Shown in pieces: positions 1 through 9,516 of a stretch of DNA of 38,974 nucleotides; position 1 is the stretch's first letter; each line of letters opens with the position of its first letter. A program made the translations under genes and the position numbers. The DNA lies in the IMG/VR virus record IMGVR_UViG_3300045988_024033. The stretch is one strand, 5' to 3'. The notes below the pieces were generated by a model. The model was not told the origin of the DNA. It saw only the letters and a list, made by a program, of their open reading frames with translations, and did no database searches. This DNA comes from a virus.

Positions 1-99
1 GCATCTGGCGCAATGTCCGCCTTAAAGAGCGCTTTCAGTTCGGGAGCATCCGGGGCAAAATCGGCGGCGGCTTCCATCGGTAAGAATTTCCGTTCTGGC
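1..99. repeat. Terminal overlap copy 1 (identical to 38876-38974)
   Basis: Base-by-base comparison of the first and last 99 nt shows a perfect match. Confidence 0.97.
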
Positions 100-639
100 A
101 TTTCAAGCGGAATGAGAGGCGGAGTAAGCGCCGCAAGAAGTGGAATGCACGCAATCAATAGCGTAATGTCGGGAGAAGCCGGGAAGGCTCATACCGTGGG
201 CGTGAACATCGGTCGAGGACTTGCTAATGGTATTCGTGCCGAAATTCCGGCAATCAGAGCGGCGGCGGCAGCAGCTTCAAGCGCTGCAACCGTAAAGATG
301 CGGAAGACGACGAAGGAACATTCACCTTCAAGGATAACCCATAAAATTGGTGCATTCCTATCAATGGGTTTAGTTAACGGTATGGAATCCAAGAAGCGTG
401 ACATTAGCCGCATGGCTGCAAAGCTGGCGAACATGGCTACACTGAGTCCTAGCAGAATGGCATTTGCCGGAGATTACAGTTTGAACGATACATGGGACTA
501 TACCAGTACCGCCAACTATGAAATCACGGTGGTGTCCGAGCTTGACGGCAAGGTGGTATCGAAGCAACTTGCGCCTACTATGCAGCAGGAACAGAACCGA
601 CTGACCACCAGAGCAAACAGAAGGAGAGGTATCAGATAG
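1..639 (+). CDS. Tail tape measure protein, C-terminal part (continuation of 36929..38974 across the circular junction)
   Basis: Position 1 is in frame with ATG 36929, because 38876-36929 is divisible by 3. The joined ORF is 861 aa and the stop is at 637-639. Confidence 0.9.
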   Translation, partial: ASGAMSALKSAFSSGASGAKSAAASIGKNFRSGISSGMRGGVSAARSGMHAINSVMSGEAGKAHTVGVNIGRGLANGIRAEIPAIRAAAAAASSAATVKMRKTTKEHSPSRITHKIGAFLSMGLVNGMESKKRDISRMAAKLANMATLSPSRMAFAGDYSLNDTWDYTSTANYEITVVSELDGKVVSKQLAPTMQQEQNRLTTRANRRRGIR

Positions 640-3095
640 TGTACGTATTCCGAGACACAACGGAGGTAGGGACTTTATTGTCTCTACCTTCCGAGGCGGT
701 AATGATTAATGGAGAATACATCGAAGATGAAAATTCACAGCTGTATATCGAAGGTTACCGCACATTATACACAAAAGGCAGGGAAAGCCTAAAAAAGGAC
801 CTTAAAACAGAAGAAATCGGAAGCCGAAACGGAACGAAAATCAAAACGACAAGATACCCGGAGCGGGAAATCGTCGTTGGCTTTCAACTTGTCGCAGAAG
901 ATAACGAATCGTTCCGGAGCGCCTTCAACAAATTGAATGGGATTCTGGATAGAGAAGAGAGTCAGTTCATCTTCCACGACGAAGAGGATATGTTTTTCAT
1001 CGGAACGCCGTATTTCGAGGCGGATATCGAAGAGGGGCGAAATGCCGTAAAAGGAGAGTGGACAATCTATTGTCAGGACCCATTCAAATATTCGGTTGAT
1101 GAATATGAAGCGGAATCCTTCACGGACACGGACGGCAATACAACCATGATGGTTGAGTACGGCGGAACGGTCCCGGCGCATCCGACTTTTAAGGCAAGTT
1201 TTTACACGACGAAACCGGAAGTCGACGAAACCAATGCGGAAGATACCAGTTATCAGGGCAACGAGGATGAAAAGCTGGGCGAACTGGGTAATTGCGGATA
1301 CGTTGCGTTTTTTGATAGCAACGAACACATCTTACAGTTCGGGGACCCGGATATTTCCATCGAGAAGCCGGAAGAAGCGCAGCCTATCAGGGTATCGCAG
1401 GAATTCACGCAGGCGGGTAACTTTGGCAGTGCTATACAGCAGCTATGGAAGCCGAATCAGAGCGGCACCGGGTATTCCGGCGCACCTATCGAGGGCGGAT
1501 TCTACGAGGCATACGGCGCCAATTCCACGCCTTCCGGAACTACCAGCGGGGCAATCATCGGCTATAAATGGGATGCCAAAAAGAAGACGTGGGTTTCAAA
1601 CCCGGTTTCCGACAGTTCGGGCAGTTCTCCGAGCGTTAAATATAAGATGTACTACAAGGCGACCGGAAGGACCGCAAGTTCTGTCAAGCTCACGGTGGAT
1701 ATTACCGCCGTCGTTGGTTCAGTAAGCGGAAAAGTCAAGAAGAACTGGAAGAAAGCAAAGCTTCAAGCGGTAATCACGGTAGCGGGAAAGAGCCACACCA
1801 AGACAATCAAGTCGGGTGGTAAGTCATGGGGCAAGGGCTCACACAAGGTACCCTACACATTTACGGTATCGGATATTCAAGCCGGAACGATTGACCTATC
1901 ATGCAAGGTGGAGGTGAAGGAATCCGGAGCGAAAGGGTCAGCCGGCAAGCTGAGTTCTCGGAGCGGGAACACTATCACGATTCCGACCTATACCGACAAG
2001 ACCCCGACCAACTACTTCTTGAAGGCAAGTTATGGCGGCGTTACACAGAGCGGATGGCACGGGGCAACCATCACAAGGGAGCTTCCGTCGGATGAGAACG
2101 GAAAGCAGGGTTCCGAAACTTTCAAGATTGATGCATCTGTCAAGTTTTCCATCGGGTCAAGTGCCAACGATGTTACCCAATGCGGAATGCTCGAAATCAT
2201 GGCGATGAACAAGAGCAATGATATAGTAGCCGGCATCCGGGCGTATAAGACAAGCCGGGGAAAGAATGCAACGATTCAGTACGTATGGCAGAATGAAGTT
2301 GTCGCCAAAAAGACAAACTTCAACGCAGACAATAAGAACAGCAACCTTGCGGTTCAGATTGAGGGCGGATGGTACATGATAGCGTACAAGTTTGGAAGCG
2401 CCACGAGTGAATTCTATCCGTTCCCGGCTATTTACAATTTCGAGGACACCGACGTTACAAAGGTTGTTATTGCCGCCTATCAGTGGAAGGCGCAACCGCC
2501 GATGGATTGGTTAGGCGTGAGAAATCTATCGTTTTTCGGCTTGCCAAAATCATCTAAAGTCGAAACAGAAATACCATTCCATAACGGCGATATCTTGACG
2601 GCAGACGGAAAGACCGCCACGGTAACCATGCTGAGACACGGAAGCGACGACGGCACAAAGCGCCCTGACCTTGGAGCGCTTGGAAACGACTGGGAAACGT
2701 TAGTCTTGAATCCCGGAACAAATTCAGTGCACACGTCCTATTCGGCGTGGGCGGGGCAGCAGCCATATATTAGGCGTTGCCGGGCAGATGAAGCTTATGG
2801 CAGGGATTATTATCAGCAGCTTGATTCAGATACACCATACGACACCGGGATTGCATATTACAATTCGTCGAAAGAGCGGGTATATCCGACCGAGGAGGAG
2901 TACAACGCAAGCCCGACAAGCTATTACCAGTTCATGGATGCGGGCACGAATCCGACCGTCTACTGCAATTCAAGCGGCACGGAGTACAGCACGCAGCCTA
3001 CATACGAACAGTGGGCTGCGAATCCGTCGGAGTATTACGTGAGCGAATCAACAGCGCCAAAGTTCTCAATGACATACAGAGAGGTTTTCATATGA
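639..3095 (+). CDS. Distal tail protein (Dit)-like phage tail protein, unusually long (818 aa)
   Basis: The GTG start overlaps the tape measure stop, and this is the canonical Dit position after the tape measure gene. It has a Lys-rich central insertion and a Tyr-rich repeated C-terminus. Confidence 0.65.
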   Translation: MYVFRDTTEVGTLLSLPSEAVMINGEYIEDENSQLYIEGYRTLYTKGRESLKKDLKTEEIGSRNGTKIKTTRYPEREIVVGFQLVAEDNESFRSAFNKLNGILDREESQFIFHDEEDMFFIGTPYFEADIEEGRNAVKGEWTIYCQDPFKYSVDEYEAESFTDTDGNTTMMVEYGGTVPAHPTFKASFYTTKPEVDETNAEDTSYQGNEDEKLGELGNCGYVAFFDSNEHILQFGDPDISIEKPEEAQPIRVSQEFTQAGNFGSAIQQLWKPNQSGTGYSGAPIEGGFYEAYGANSTPSGTTSGAIIGYKWDAKKKTWVSNPVSDSSGSSPSVKYKMYYKATGRTASSVKLTVDITAVVGSVSGKVKKNWKKAKLQAVITVAGKSHTKTIKSGGKSWGKGSHKVPYTFTVSDIQAGTIDLSCKVEVKESGAKGSAGKLSSRSGNTITIPTYTDKTPTNYFLKASYGGVTQSGWHGATITRELPSDENGKQGSETFKIDASVKFSIGSSANDVTQCGMLEIMAMNKSNDIVAGIRAYKTSRGKNATIQYVWQNEVVAKKTNFNADNKNSNLAVQIEGGWYMIAYKFGSATSEFYPFPAIYNFEDTDVTKVVIAAYQWKAQPPMDWLGVRNLSFFGLPKSSKVETEIPFHNGDILTADGKTATVTMLRHGSDDGTKRPDLGALGNDWETLVLNPGTNSVHTSYSAWAGQQPYIRRCRADEAYGRDYYQQLDSDTPYDTGIAYYNSSKERVYPTEEEYNASPTSYYQFMDAGTNPTVYCNSSGTEYSTQPTYEQWAANPSEYYVSESTAPKFSMTYREVFI

Positions 3096-5890
3096 TTTTA
3101 TATTTTACGGATAAAAACTTTAAAATTCTCGGTACCGCTTCAACCAGTTTGTCGGGCGGCTATGTTATCACCGACGACACGAAAAAGGAAGAAGTGGAAA
3201 CCGGAATTGCAACGCTCGATTGTACCGTCGCCTATACCGACGACACGAGAGCAGACATTGAAAGTTGGTGCCGGGCAGGTAATTATGTATTAGCCTACTA
3301 CGGAAAAGACGATTCAGCAGATGTGGATATTGTGAATTTATTCATGATTACAACCACAGAGCTGTCTGTACTGGACCATACCATCAAATTCGAATCGGAA
3401 GATTCCGGGCTGGACCTTTTGAATAACCTTGCTAAAGAATACACCGGAACGGAGCAGGTGAGCGCAGCGGATTACATCAATAAGTTCCTTGAGAAAACAG
3501 GTTTTCGGCTGAGAAATAACAACGTCTCAGCGCTTCCAAAAAAGCTTGAATGGACTAGCACGGACACTGTCACAAAGAGACTTGCAGACATTGCGGAAAA
3601 GTTCGAAATTGAGCTTACCTATGGATTCAGCGTTAAAGGCTTGACCGTGGCGGATAGATGGGTTGATATCGCAGATGAAACCGGGAAAGACACAAAAATC
3701 AATCTGTACATCAACAAAGAAGTAAACAATATTACCGTGAAGAATACCATCGAAAACCTAGCGACGGCGCTTTACGCAACAGGAAAGGACAACTTAACGC
3801 TTATCGGCTTCACAATTCCGGAGGCAGATAAAGACAAATATCAGATTGACCCGGACGGGAATCTCGTATCTCTCGAAGCGCTGACCAAATGGGCAAGAGT
3901 GGACTATTCGAGCAAAGATTCTTTCAGCGGTAATTTGTATCAAAAATTCGAATCCTCGGACACGAATTCACAGGCAGACCTTTACAGACTGGCAAAAGAA
4001 AAGCTGGATTCCATTTCGGACATTGAGACCAACTACGAGGTGGACATTGCAGACCTGCCGCAAGGTGTCGGGATTGGTGACCGTGTAAACATCGTGGACG
4101 ATGCCGGGAACACTTACATTTCCGGTCGAATCCTTGAGCTTGAAACATCTGTCACCGACGGAACGAAGAAAGCTACACTGGGTGAGTATGTAATCAAGGA
4201 TAGCGGCATTTCGGAGCTGGTGGAGAGTTTGGCAAGCAGTTTTGCTAATCTGTCAAAAGTCCGGGAATTGTACACATGGATTGCTTACGCTGACACAATC
4301 GACGGAGACGGAATCTCATTTTCCCCGGAAGGCAAAGAGTACCTTGGTACTGCCGTAAATCAGCTGACCGAGGAAGCCGGAACGGACCCAGCAGTGTATA
4401 AGTGGGTCAAAACCAAAGGCGAACAGGGAGAGCAGGGAATCCCGGGAGAGAAGGGAGCAACCGGAGCACCGGGCGAAAAAGGAGACCCCGGAGAAGATGG
4501 ATACAGCCCAACGGTAGACCTTAGCACAGGCGAATCAGGAAGCACGGTTTTAACCGTGACCAATAAAACCGGACCGTCAAGCACGGAACTTAAGGACCAA
4601 GCAGCCCGGAACGATGCTAACGATGCCCGCAATTATGCAGATAATTACATCAATTACGACGAAACCGGAACGATGATAGCAGCGGAAGCCGTAAAACCAA
4701 TAGCAGCTACGAAAAACAACGTGCTCATTACGGAAAAGGATGTACAAATCAGAAACGGGCAGAAGGTACTTGCCTCATACGGAGAAACCATAGAGCTGGG
4801 CGAAAAAGAGGGAGAGCACGCCGAGTTCACCAACAGCGGGTTTTCAGTGGCAAACAAAACTAACGAGCAGTTCACGGTAAGAGGTTTTTACGAAGGTGAA
4901 TTGTTCCGTGACAGCTGGGTTAAGGATGCAGAGAATCCGAACCACGTGCTGGACGTTGATTCGCTGAAAACGCAGATATTAAGCGTTGGGCAGTATGATG
5001 AAACCTTCAAAACAACGTTTGTCTTAAAGGAACCGCCACAAAGGGTGGCGTTCGTATTTAAAGACGGGTCCGAGATGGAGGTTCTGCCGATTGGAAAGTC
5101 GGAGACTATGTATTATACCGCCGGGGAAAACGATAGCAACGGCGAAACTGTACGTATAATTATAATTGCAACGCAAAGCTCAACTACGATTCCATGGGAA
5201 AACATCGCTTGCCTATATGTTGACTACAAGATAGGTTACAACCCTGCAACCGTGCGAATCGGAGCAGGCGCAACAAAAGACGTCAACCGGGAGTCAAACG
5301 GAACGTATTACGATTACAAGGCGTTTAAAATCGGAAAAGGTCAAAACCGGGAAGGAAACTGGCAGGACGAAAACGCATTCGAGGTTGACTTCGACGGAAC
5401 GACAAGTGTAGGTGGTTCCATGAACGTCAATGGAGACACTGAAACACAGGCGCTATATGCCGGGATTATTTCTTGCCTCAGAACAATTCAATGCGGTGAA
5501 CTTATAGCGGCGGCAGGTCCTGAAGGGGAAGAAGTATCGTTCACAACAACGGTATCCGGCAGCGGAAAGATAACCCTAACAACCGGTGCAGTAGAATATC
5601 AGCCACGTTGGTGGCGATGCGGGAACTTGGTACAGATGGAAGTTGCAACCAAATGCACCGGGGCAGTAGCGAGCGGTGCAAACATCGCCGCCGGAAAGAT
5701 TACGGGAGTGCCGAAACCTATTACAGAATCTGGAGTTCGTGCAGTGTCTTATTACGGTAACAACTCGAACATATCGTATATGGGCTCTGATGGCACGTTC
5801 TACGCCCGTAACGCCGGAGCGGATGCACTAGCAAAAGGCAATGATTGCATAGGCGGCTTCACTTACATTACAGACGGCACCATGTTATAG
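3092..5890 (+). CDS. Tail-associated (Tal-like) minor structural protein with collagen-like Gly-X-Y stretch
   Basis: ATG 3092 overlaps the upstream stop (ATGA). The N-terminus MILYFTDKNFKILG... is typical of phage minor structural / tail endopeptidase N-terminal regions. GEQGEQGIPGEKGATGAPGEKGDPGEDG occurs mid-protein. The track start at 3011 is probably too early. Confidence 0.75.
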   Translation: MILYFTDKNFKILGTASTSLSGGYVITDDTKKEEVETGIATLDCTVAYTDDTRADIESWCRAGNYVLAYYGKDDSADVDIVNLFMITTTELSVLDHTIKFESEDSGLDLLNNLAKEYTGTEQVSAADYINKFLEKTGFRLRNNNVSALPKKLEWTSTDTVTKRLADIAEKFEIELTYGFSVKGLTVADRWVDIADETGKDTKINLYINKEVNNITVKNTIENLATALYATGKDNLTLIGFTIPEADKDKYQIDPDGNLVSLEALTKWARVDYSSKDSFSGNLYQKFESSDTNSQADLYRLAKEKLDSISDIETNYEVDIADLPQGVGIGDRVNIVDDAGNTYISGRILELETSVTDGTKKATLGEYVIKDSGISELVESLASSFANLSKVRELYTWIAYADTIDGDGISFSPEGKEYLGTAVNQLTEEAGTDPAVYKWVKTKGEQGEQGIPGEKGATGAPGEKGDPGEDGYSPTVDLSTGESGSTVLTVTNKTGPSSTELKDQAARNDANDARNYADNYINYDETGTMIAAEAVKPIAATKNNVLITEKDVQIRNGQKVLASYGETIELGEKEGEHAEFTNSGFSVANKTNEQFTVRGFYEGELFRDSWVKDAENPNHVLDVDSLKTQILSVGQYDETFKTTFVLKEPPQRVAFVFKDGSEMEVLPIGKSETMYYTAGENDSNGETVRIIIIATQSSTTIPWENIACLYVDYKIGYNPATVRIGAGATKDVNRESNGTYYDYKAFKIGKGQNREGNWQDENAFEVDFDGTTSVGGSMNVNGDTETQALYAGIISCLRTIQCGELIAAAGPEGEEVSFTTTVSGSGKITLTTGAVEYQPRWWRCGNLVQMEVATKCTGAVASGANIAAGKITGVPKPITESGVRAVSYYGNNSNISYMGSDGTFYARNAGADALAKGNDCIGGFTYITDGTML

Positions 5891-5902
5891 AAAGGAGCAA
5901 GA

Positions 5903-7843
5903 ATGAAATCAGAAAAACAGCTCTACCAATGGGATGTGAACCAGCATCTAACAGAATTGCAACCAACAGCACAGTTTGTAGATTACCCGATGGGTAACGA
6001 GGTTATCAGAATCGAGACGGACGGCAAGCGCTGCCGTATTCCGGATGAATTCTTACAAACAGCCGGATTCAAAACGTGCTATGAACGCTATTCCGACGGC
6101 ACCTATAAGGCGTATAGCTTCAACGTGCAATCATCGCCAAAGCCGCCGGACTATGTCTACACAGCGGAAGAGCGCACCACCTTTGAAGCACTTGTTGAAA
6201 AAGCGGATGCCGCAATTGATGAAATCAAGCGCCGTGCCGATTCCGGAGAGTTCACACCAAAAAAAGGCGTGGATTATTTCACCGATTCCGAAAAGAATGA
6301 GATGATGGAGAGCGTTTCGAGCGGAGCTATCGGCGAATTCCGGAAAGTCGTTGGCAGTGCAACCACCGAGCTAAGCGACAACCATAACTTGATGTTGGCT
6401 AAGTATAACGCCAACGCATCGGAGAAGTTGACCACCTATGACATCAACGCCGAACAGCACACCACGGACTACAACAGGAACGCCGAGCAGAAGTTGGAAG
6501 CGTACAATCAGAACCACACCGAGAAGGTAGCGGAGTACAATCAGAACGCCGAGAACAAAACGGCAGAATTCGACAGCAACGCCGCCACCCTGCAAACCGA
6601 GGTGGACCGCTTGCGGGGCGAATGCGACCAGCTGGCGGCGGAAAACCGAAAACAGGAAAACAGGATTTCCGCCCTAATGAAGTTGAACAAGGGGCAAACC
6701 TACGACATTCTGCCGGAGGAAGGCGAAACCGTAAGCCGGACGGTGCCGAGCGGGGCGAAATATGTGAGCGTGGATAAAGTGGGCGGAAAAAGTATAGTTT
6801 GGAATCAGCTATTTAACATGAGTCAAAATAATCGTGTTGATGGGGGTCAATTCGAAATAAATTTTGATTCTCAAACTGTTACACTTAACGGCAATTCCGG
6901 CAACAATGCGTGGTTGTCCATTATACCGGATGATGGTGCTTTTGCATCGTTAAATTTAAAAAAGCACCAGTACATCTACAAGATTTTTGTTGTTGAGAAC
7001 CAATCCGCAGAGAGCATTAGATTCGGGTTTTTGAATAGGGGATTCGTGGCGAATATTCCAGCAAACTATACTGGACAAGTGAACTTTGTGTGCACAGTAA
7101 GCGACCCGGAGAAAGGCAAAACAATCGGTTTCAGCGGATTACAAGCAAATACAAATTATGCTATAAAAATCGTGCTAACAGCGTGCGACTTAACGCTGAT
7201 GTTCGGTGCCGGCAACGAACCTACCGCCGAACAGTTCGAGGCGATGTTCCCGGCGGAATCGTACCCGTACAATCCGGGAGAAATCATTTCTTCCCGAACG
7301 GAGACCATTACAGCCGGGGCGGAATCAATCACGACAGGCTTCCCGGAACTCCATTCTGCTGGCATCGCACACGATGAAATCGACATGGACGGCGGAGAAG
7401 TCCATCGAAACATAGACGTGATTGATTTGGGCACGCTTGATTGGGAATATAACAGCGACTATAGATTCATGCTTGCACGTGTACTAAAAAAGAAAAAAGG
7501 TCACGCAAACTTACTGTGTCCACGTTACAAGCTATCGCCATCCGAAGTTTGGGTGCAAGGCAGCGACGGAGTATACGGTGGTAACAACCAAAACAACATC
7601 GTTTACATAAAAGATACGAAGTTTACAGAGCCTCTTGCATTTAAAGAGGCGATGAAAGGAGTAGTGCTAAATTTCGAACTAGAGGCTCAAACAACCGAGC
7701 CGGTCACCATCCCGGAAGCCCTGCAAGAATGGCTACCGGTGGAACCCGGCGGGACGGTCACATTCCGGAATGCAGACGAATCGAAGCAACTGGCGGTTCC
7801 GAATTCGGTGAGCTGGGTGCGGAAACTTGACGAGGTGGAGTAA
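5903..7843 (+). CDS. Tail fibre / receptor-binding protein
   Basis: Positioned after Tal. It has six 11-aa tandem repeats (YNxNAExK type), then a coiled coil, then a divergent AT-richer C-terminal domain. Confidence 0.7.
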   Translation: MKSEKQLYQWDVNQHLTELQPTAQFVDYPMGNEVIRIETDGKRCRIPDEFLQTAGFKTCYERYSDGTYKAYSFNVQSSPKPPDYVYTAEERTTFEALVEKADAAIDEIKRRADSGEFTPKKGVDYFTDSEKNEMMESVSSGAIGEFRKVVGSATTELSDNHNLMLAKYNANASEKLTTYDINAEQHTTDYNRNAEQKLEAYNQNHTEKVAEYNQNAENKTAEFDSNAATLQTEVDRLRGECDQLAAENRKQENRISALMKLNKGQTYDILPEEGETVSRTVPSGAKYVSVDKVGGKSIVWNQLFNMSQNNRVDGGQFEINFDSQTVTLNGNSGNNAWLSIIPDDGAFASLNLKKHQYIYKIFVVENQSAESIRFGFLNRGFVANIPANYTGQVNFVCTVSDPEKGKTIGFSGLQANTNYAIKIVLTACDLTLMFGAGNEPTAEQFEAMFPAESYPYNPGEIISSRTETITAGAESITTGFPELHSAGIAHDEIDMDGGEVHRNIDVIDLGTLDWEYNSDYRFMLARVLKKKKGHANLLCPRYKLSPSEVWVQGSDGVYGGNNQNNIVYIKDTKFTEPLAFKEAMKGVVLNFELEAQTTEPVTIPEALQEWLPVEPGGTVTFRNADESKQLAVPNSVSWVRKLDEVE

Positions 7844-7987
7844 ATGGCTAAATTAGAGAAATTGTATGAGATTATCGACAAGAAAAATTTCGAGCCGGGC
7901 GGAACGCTTGAGGAGCGGGTCGCCGTGCTGGAAGAAGTGCTGCAGGAGCAGGTCATGGCGGTCATGACCGCAAAAGAAGATGATTAA
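7844..7987 (+). CDS. Small hypothetical protein (47 aa), not in ORF track
   Basis: The ATG follows the fibre stop directly. The product is MAKLEKLYEIIDKKNFEPGG...TAKEDD. A terminator hairpin follows immediately. Confidence 0.4.
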   Translation: MAKLEKLYEIIDKKNFEPGGTLEERVAVLEEVLQEQVMAVMTAKEDD

Positions 7988-7993
7988 CGGAAT

Positions 7994-8015
7994 GCCACCT
8001 ATGCGGTGGCTTTTT
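7994..8015 (+). terminator. Rho-independent terminator after tail genes
   Basis: GCCACC-TATGC-GGTGGC followed by TTTTT. Confidence 0.7.
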
Positions 8016-8047
8016 CGTTGCAAAAAATCAAGAAGGGAGGTGATACC

Positions 8048-8359
8048 ATGCGAATGTACGTAACTACCGAGGATGTTCTTTGGCTTGCGGGTGCAATCGT
8101 GGCTATTTCAGCGGCGATTAAAGTTGTGTGCGGCGCAATCGAGCAATTCCGGAAGCCAAACAAAACACAGGATGCGAGAATAGCAGAATTGGAGCGAAAA
8201 GCGGTGAATGATTACAACCGACTCAACCAGTTGGAAGAGGGAAACATCATTACACAGCGGGCTCTTTTGGCTCTTTTGGCTCACGGGATTGATGGTAATG
8301 ATATCGAAGCAATGCGAAAGGCGAAAGCAGAGCTGACGGATTATCTAATCGAACGATAG
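8048..8359 (+). CDS. Lysis-cassette membrane protein (N-terminal TM helix plus coiled coil, BhlA/UviB-like architecture)
   Basis: The RBS GGGAGG precedes ATG 8048. The hydrophobic segment LWLAGAIVAISAAIKVVCGAI is followed by a helical heptad-like region. It lies directly upstream of the holin. Confidence 0.5.
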   Translation: MRMYVTTEDVLWLAGAIVAISAAIKVVCGAIEQFRKPNKTQDARIAELERKAVNDYNRLNQLEEGNIITQRALLALLAHGIDGNDIEAMRKAKAELTDYLIER

Positions 8360-8468
8360 AGTGGTCTCAAAAGGCTCTCTTTTAGCTTCTAACGGCTTTA
8401 ATTCAGTCAACCTTATACTTATTACTAATATTAAAAAAACGCTTAAAACAGCGGAAAAGGAGAAGAAA

Positions 8469-8813
8469 ATGGATATTTCTATTGTAAATGATTACTTTGT
8501 CCCGGCGGTAGTTGTGATGTGCCTTTGCATCGGCTACATCATGAGAAACTGGATGCCAACAGATAACAAGTGGATTCCAACAGTATTGTTTGTTGTCGGT
8601 ATCGTATGCGGAATCGTGGTAGACGGTCTGACCTTTACGGCGGTAGTTTCCGGTGCAGTATCCGGACTGGCGGCAGTCGGATTGAATCAGGCATTCAAGC
8701 AGGCATTGGGCTTGAATGTTCGCCCGGACATTGAAACCACCGACGAAGAGGTGCAGGATTACGAACTGGCAGAGGAAGAAGATGAATCAGAAGAAGGTGA
8801 AGATGATGAGTAA
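8469..8813 (+). CDS. Holin
   Basis: The RBS AAGGAGAAGAAA precedes ATG 8469. The protein has multiple TM helices and a highly acidic C-terminus (EEEDESEEGEDDE). It overlaps the endolysin start. Confidence 0.75.
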   Translation: MDISIVNDYFVPAVVVMCLCIGYIMRNWMPTDNKWIPTVLFVVGIVCGIVVDGLTFTAVVSGAVSGLAAVGLNQAFKQALGLNVRPDIETTDEEVQDYELAEEEDESEEGEDDE

Positions 8814-9516
8814 GACGATTGCGGTACATTGTGGGCATGGCGTGAGCTTGGATGGAAGCTGGGATTCCGGTTGTGTATATAAGGGGCATTCCGAGGCGAA
8901 ATTGATGTTAGCCATCACAAAGGCGGCGGTCAAGTATCTGAGAGCTTCTGGGGTAAAGGTACAGTCGGATGCAGACCACGGCAACAACAAAAACATGATT
9001 GCCGATGTACGGCAGGCGAACAATTCCGGCGTTGCCATGTACTTGTCTATCCACTGTGATTATTCCGGCGCCCCGAAGGGAGTAATGCCGCTGTACGTGT
9101 CCGGAAGCGGAAAAAAGCTTGCTAAGTGCCTTGAAAAGACCATTAAAAAAGATATGGGTATGAAATCACGGGGAGTACAGAAGCGGACAGACCTTTTTGA
9201 GCTGAACGGTACGGACATGACGGCGTGCATCCTCGAAACCGGAAGCATTAAGGGCGATTTGGCTACACTGAGAAACCATCCGGACAAGTACGGAAAAGCA
9301 ATCGCAAAGGGCGTGTGCAGCTACTTGGGCGTGCCTTTCAAGGATGGAAAGAAAAAGCCCAGTAAAGAAATCTACCGTGTAAGAAAAACATGGAAGGATG
9401 AAAAGAGTCAGAAGGGCGCTTTTTCGTCACTGGAAAATGCCAAGAAATGTGCCGATAAAAACGGCTACTCTGTTTTTAACAGCAAGGGAAAGGCGGTGTA
9501 CCGTGGCAAAAAGTAG
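8803..9516 (+). CDS. Endolysin: N-acetylmuramoyl-L-alanine amidase (Amidase_3) with C-terminal wall-binding-like module
   Basis: KTIAVHCGHG...E...LSIHCD...ILETGS matches the Amidase_3 metal and catalytic pattern. The C-terminus carries YRVRKTWKDEKSQKGAFSSLENAKK, a SPOR-like motif. Confidence 0.9.
   Translation: MMSKTIAVHCGHGVSLDGSWDSGCVYKGHSEAKLMLAITKAAVKYLRASGVKVQSDADHGNNKNMIADVRQANNSGVAMYLSIHCDYSGAPKGVMPLYVSGSGKKLAKCLEKTIKKDMGMKSRGVQKRTDLFELNGTDMTACILETGSIKGDLATLRNHPDKYGKAIAKGVCSYLGVPFKDGKKKPSKEIYRVRKTWKDEKSQKGAFSSLENAKKCADKNGYSVFNSKGKAVYRGKK

Noticed and set aside
1-99. Terminal repeat as a biological DTR, cos end or LTR
   Set aside because: The repeat lies in the middle of the tape measure reading frame and restores one continuous ORF when collapsed. 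An exact odd-length overlap is characteristic of a circularised de Bruijn assembly.
1153-1725. 190-aa alternative-frame + ORF inside the Dit gene
   Set aside because: It is an Arg-rich frame-shifted shadow of the real 818-aa ORF and has no RBS.
3011-3091. Upstream extension of the Tal ORF (track start 3011)
   Set aside because: It would overlap the Dit gene by 85 nt. ATG 3092 gives the canonical ATGA coupling and the family-typical MILYFTDKNF N-terminus.
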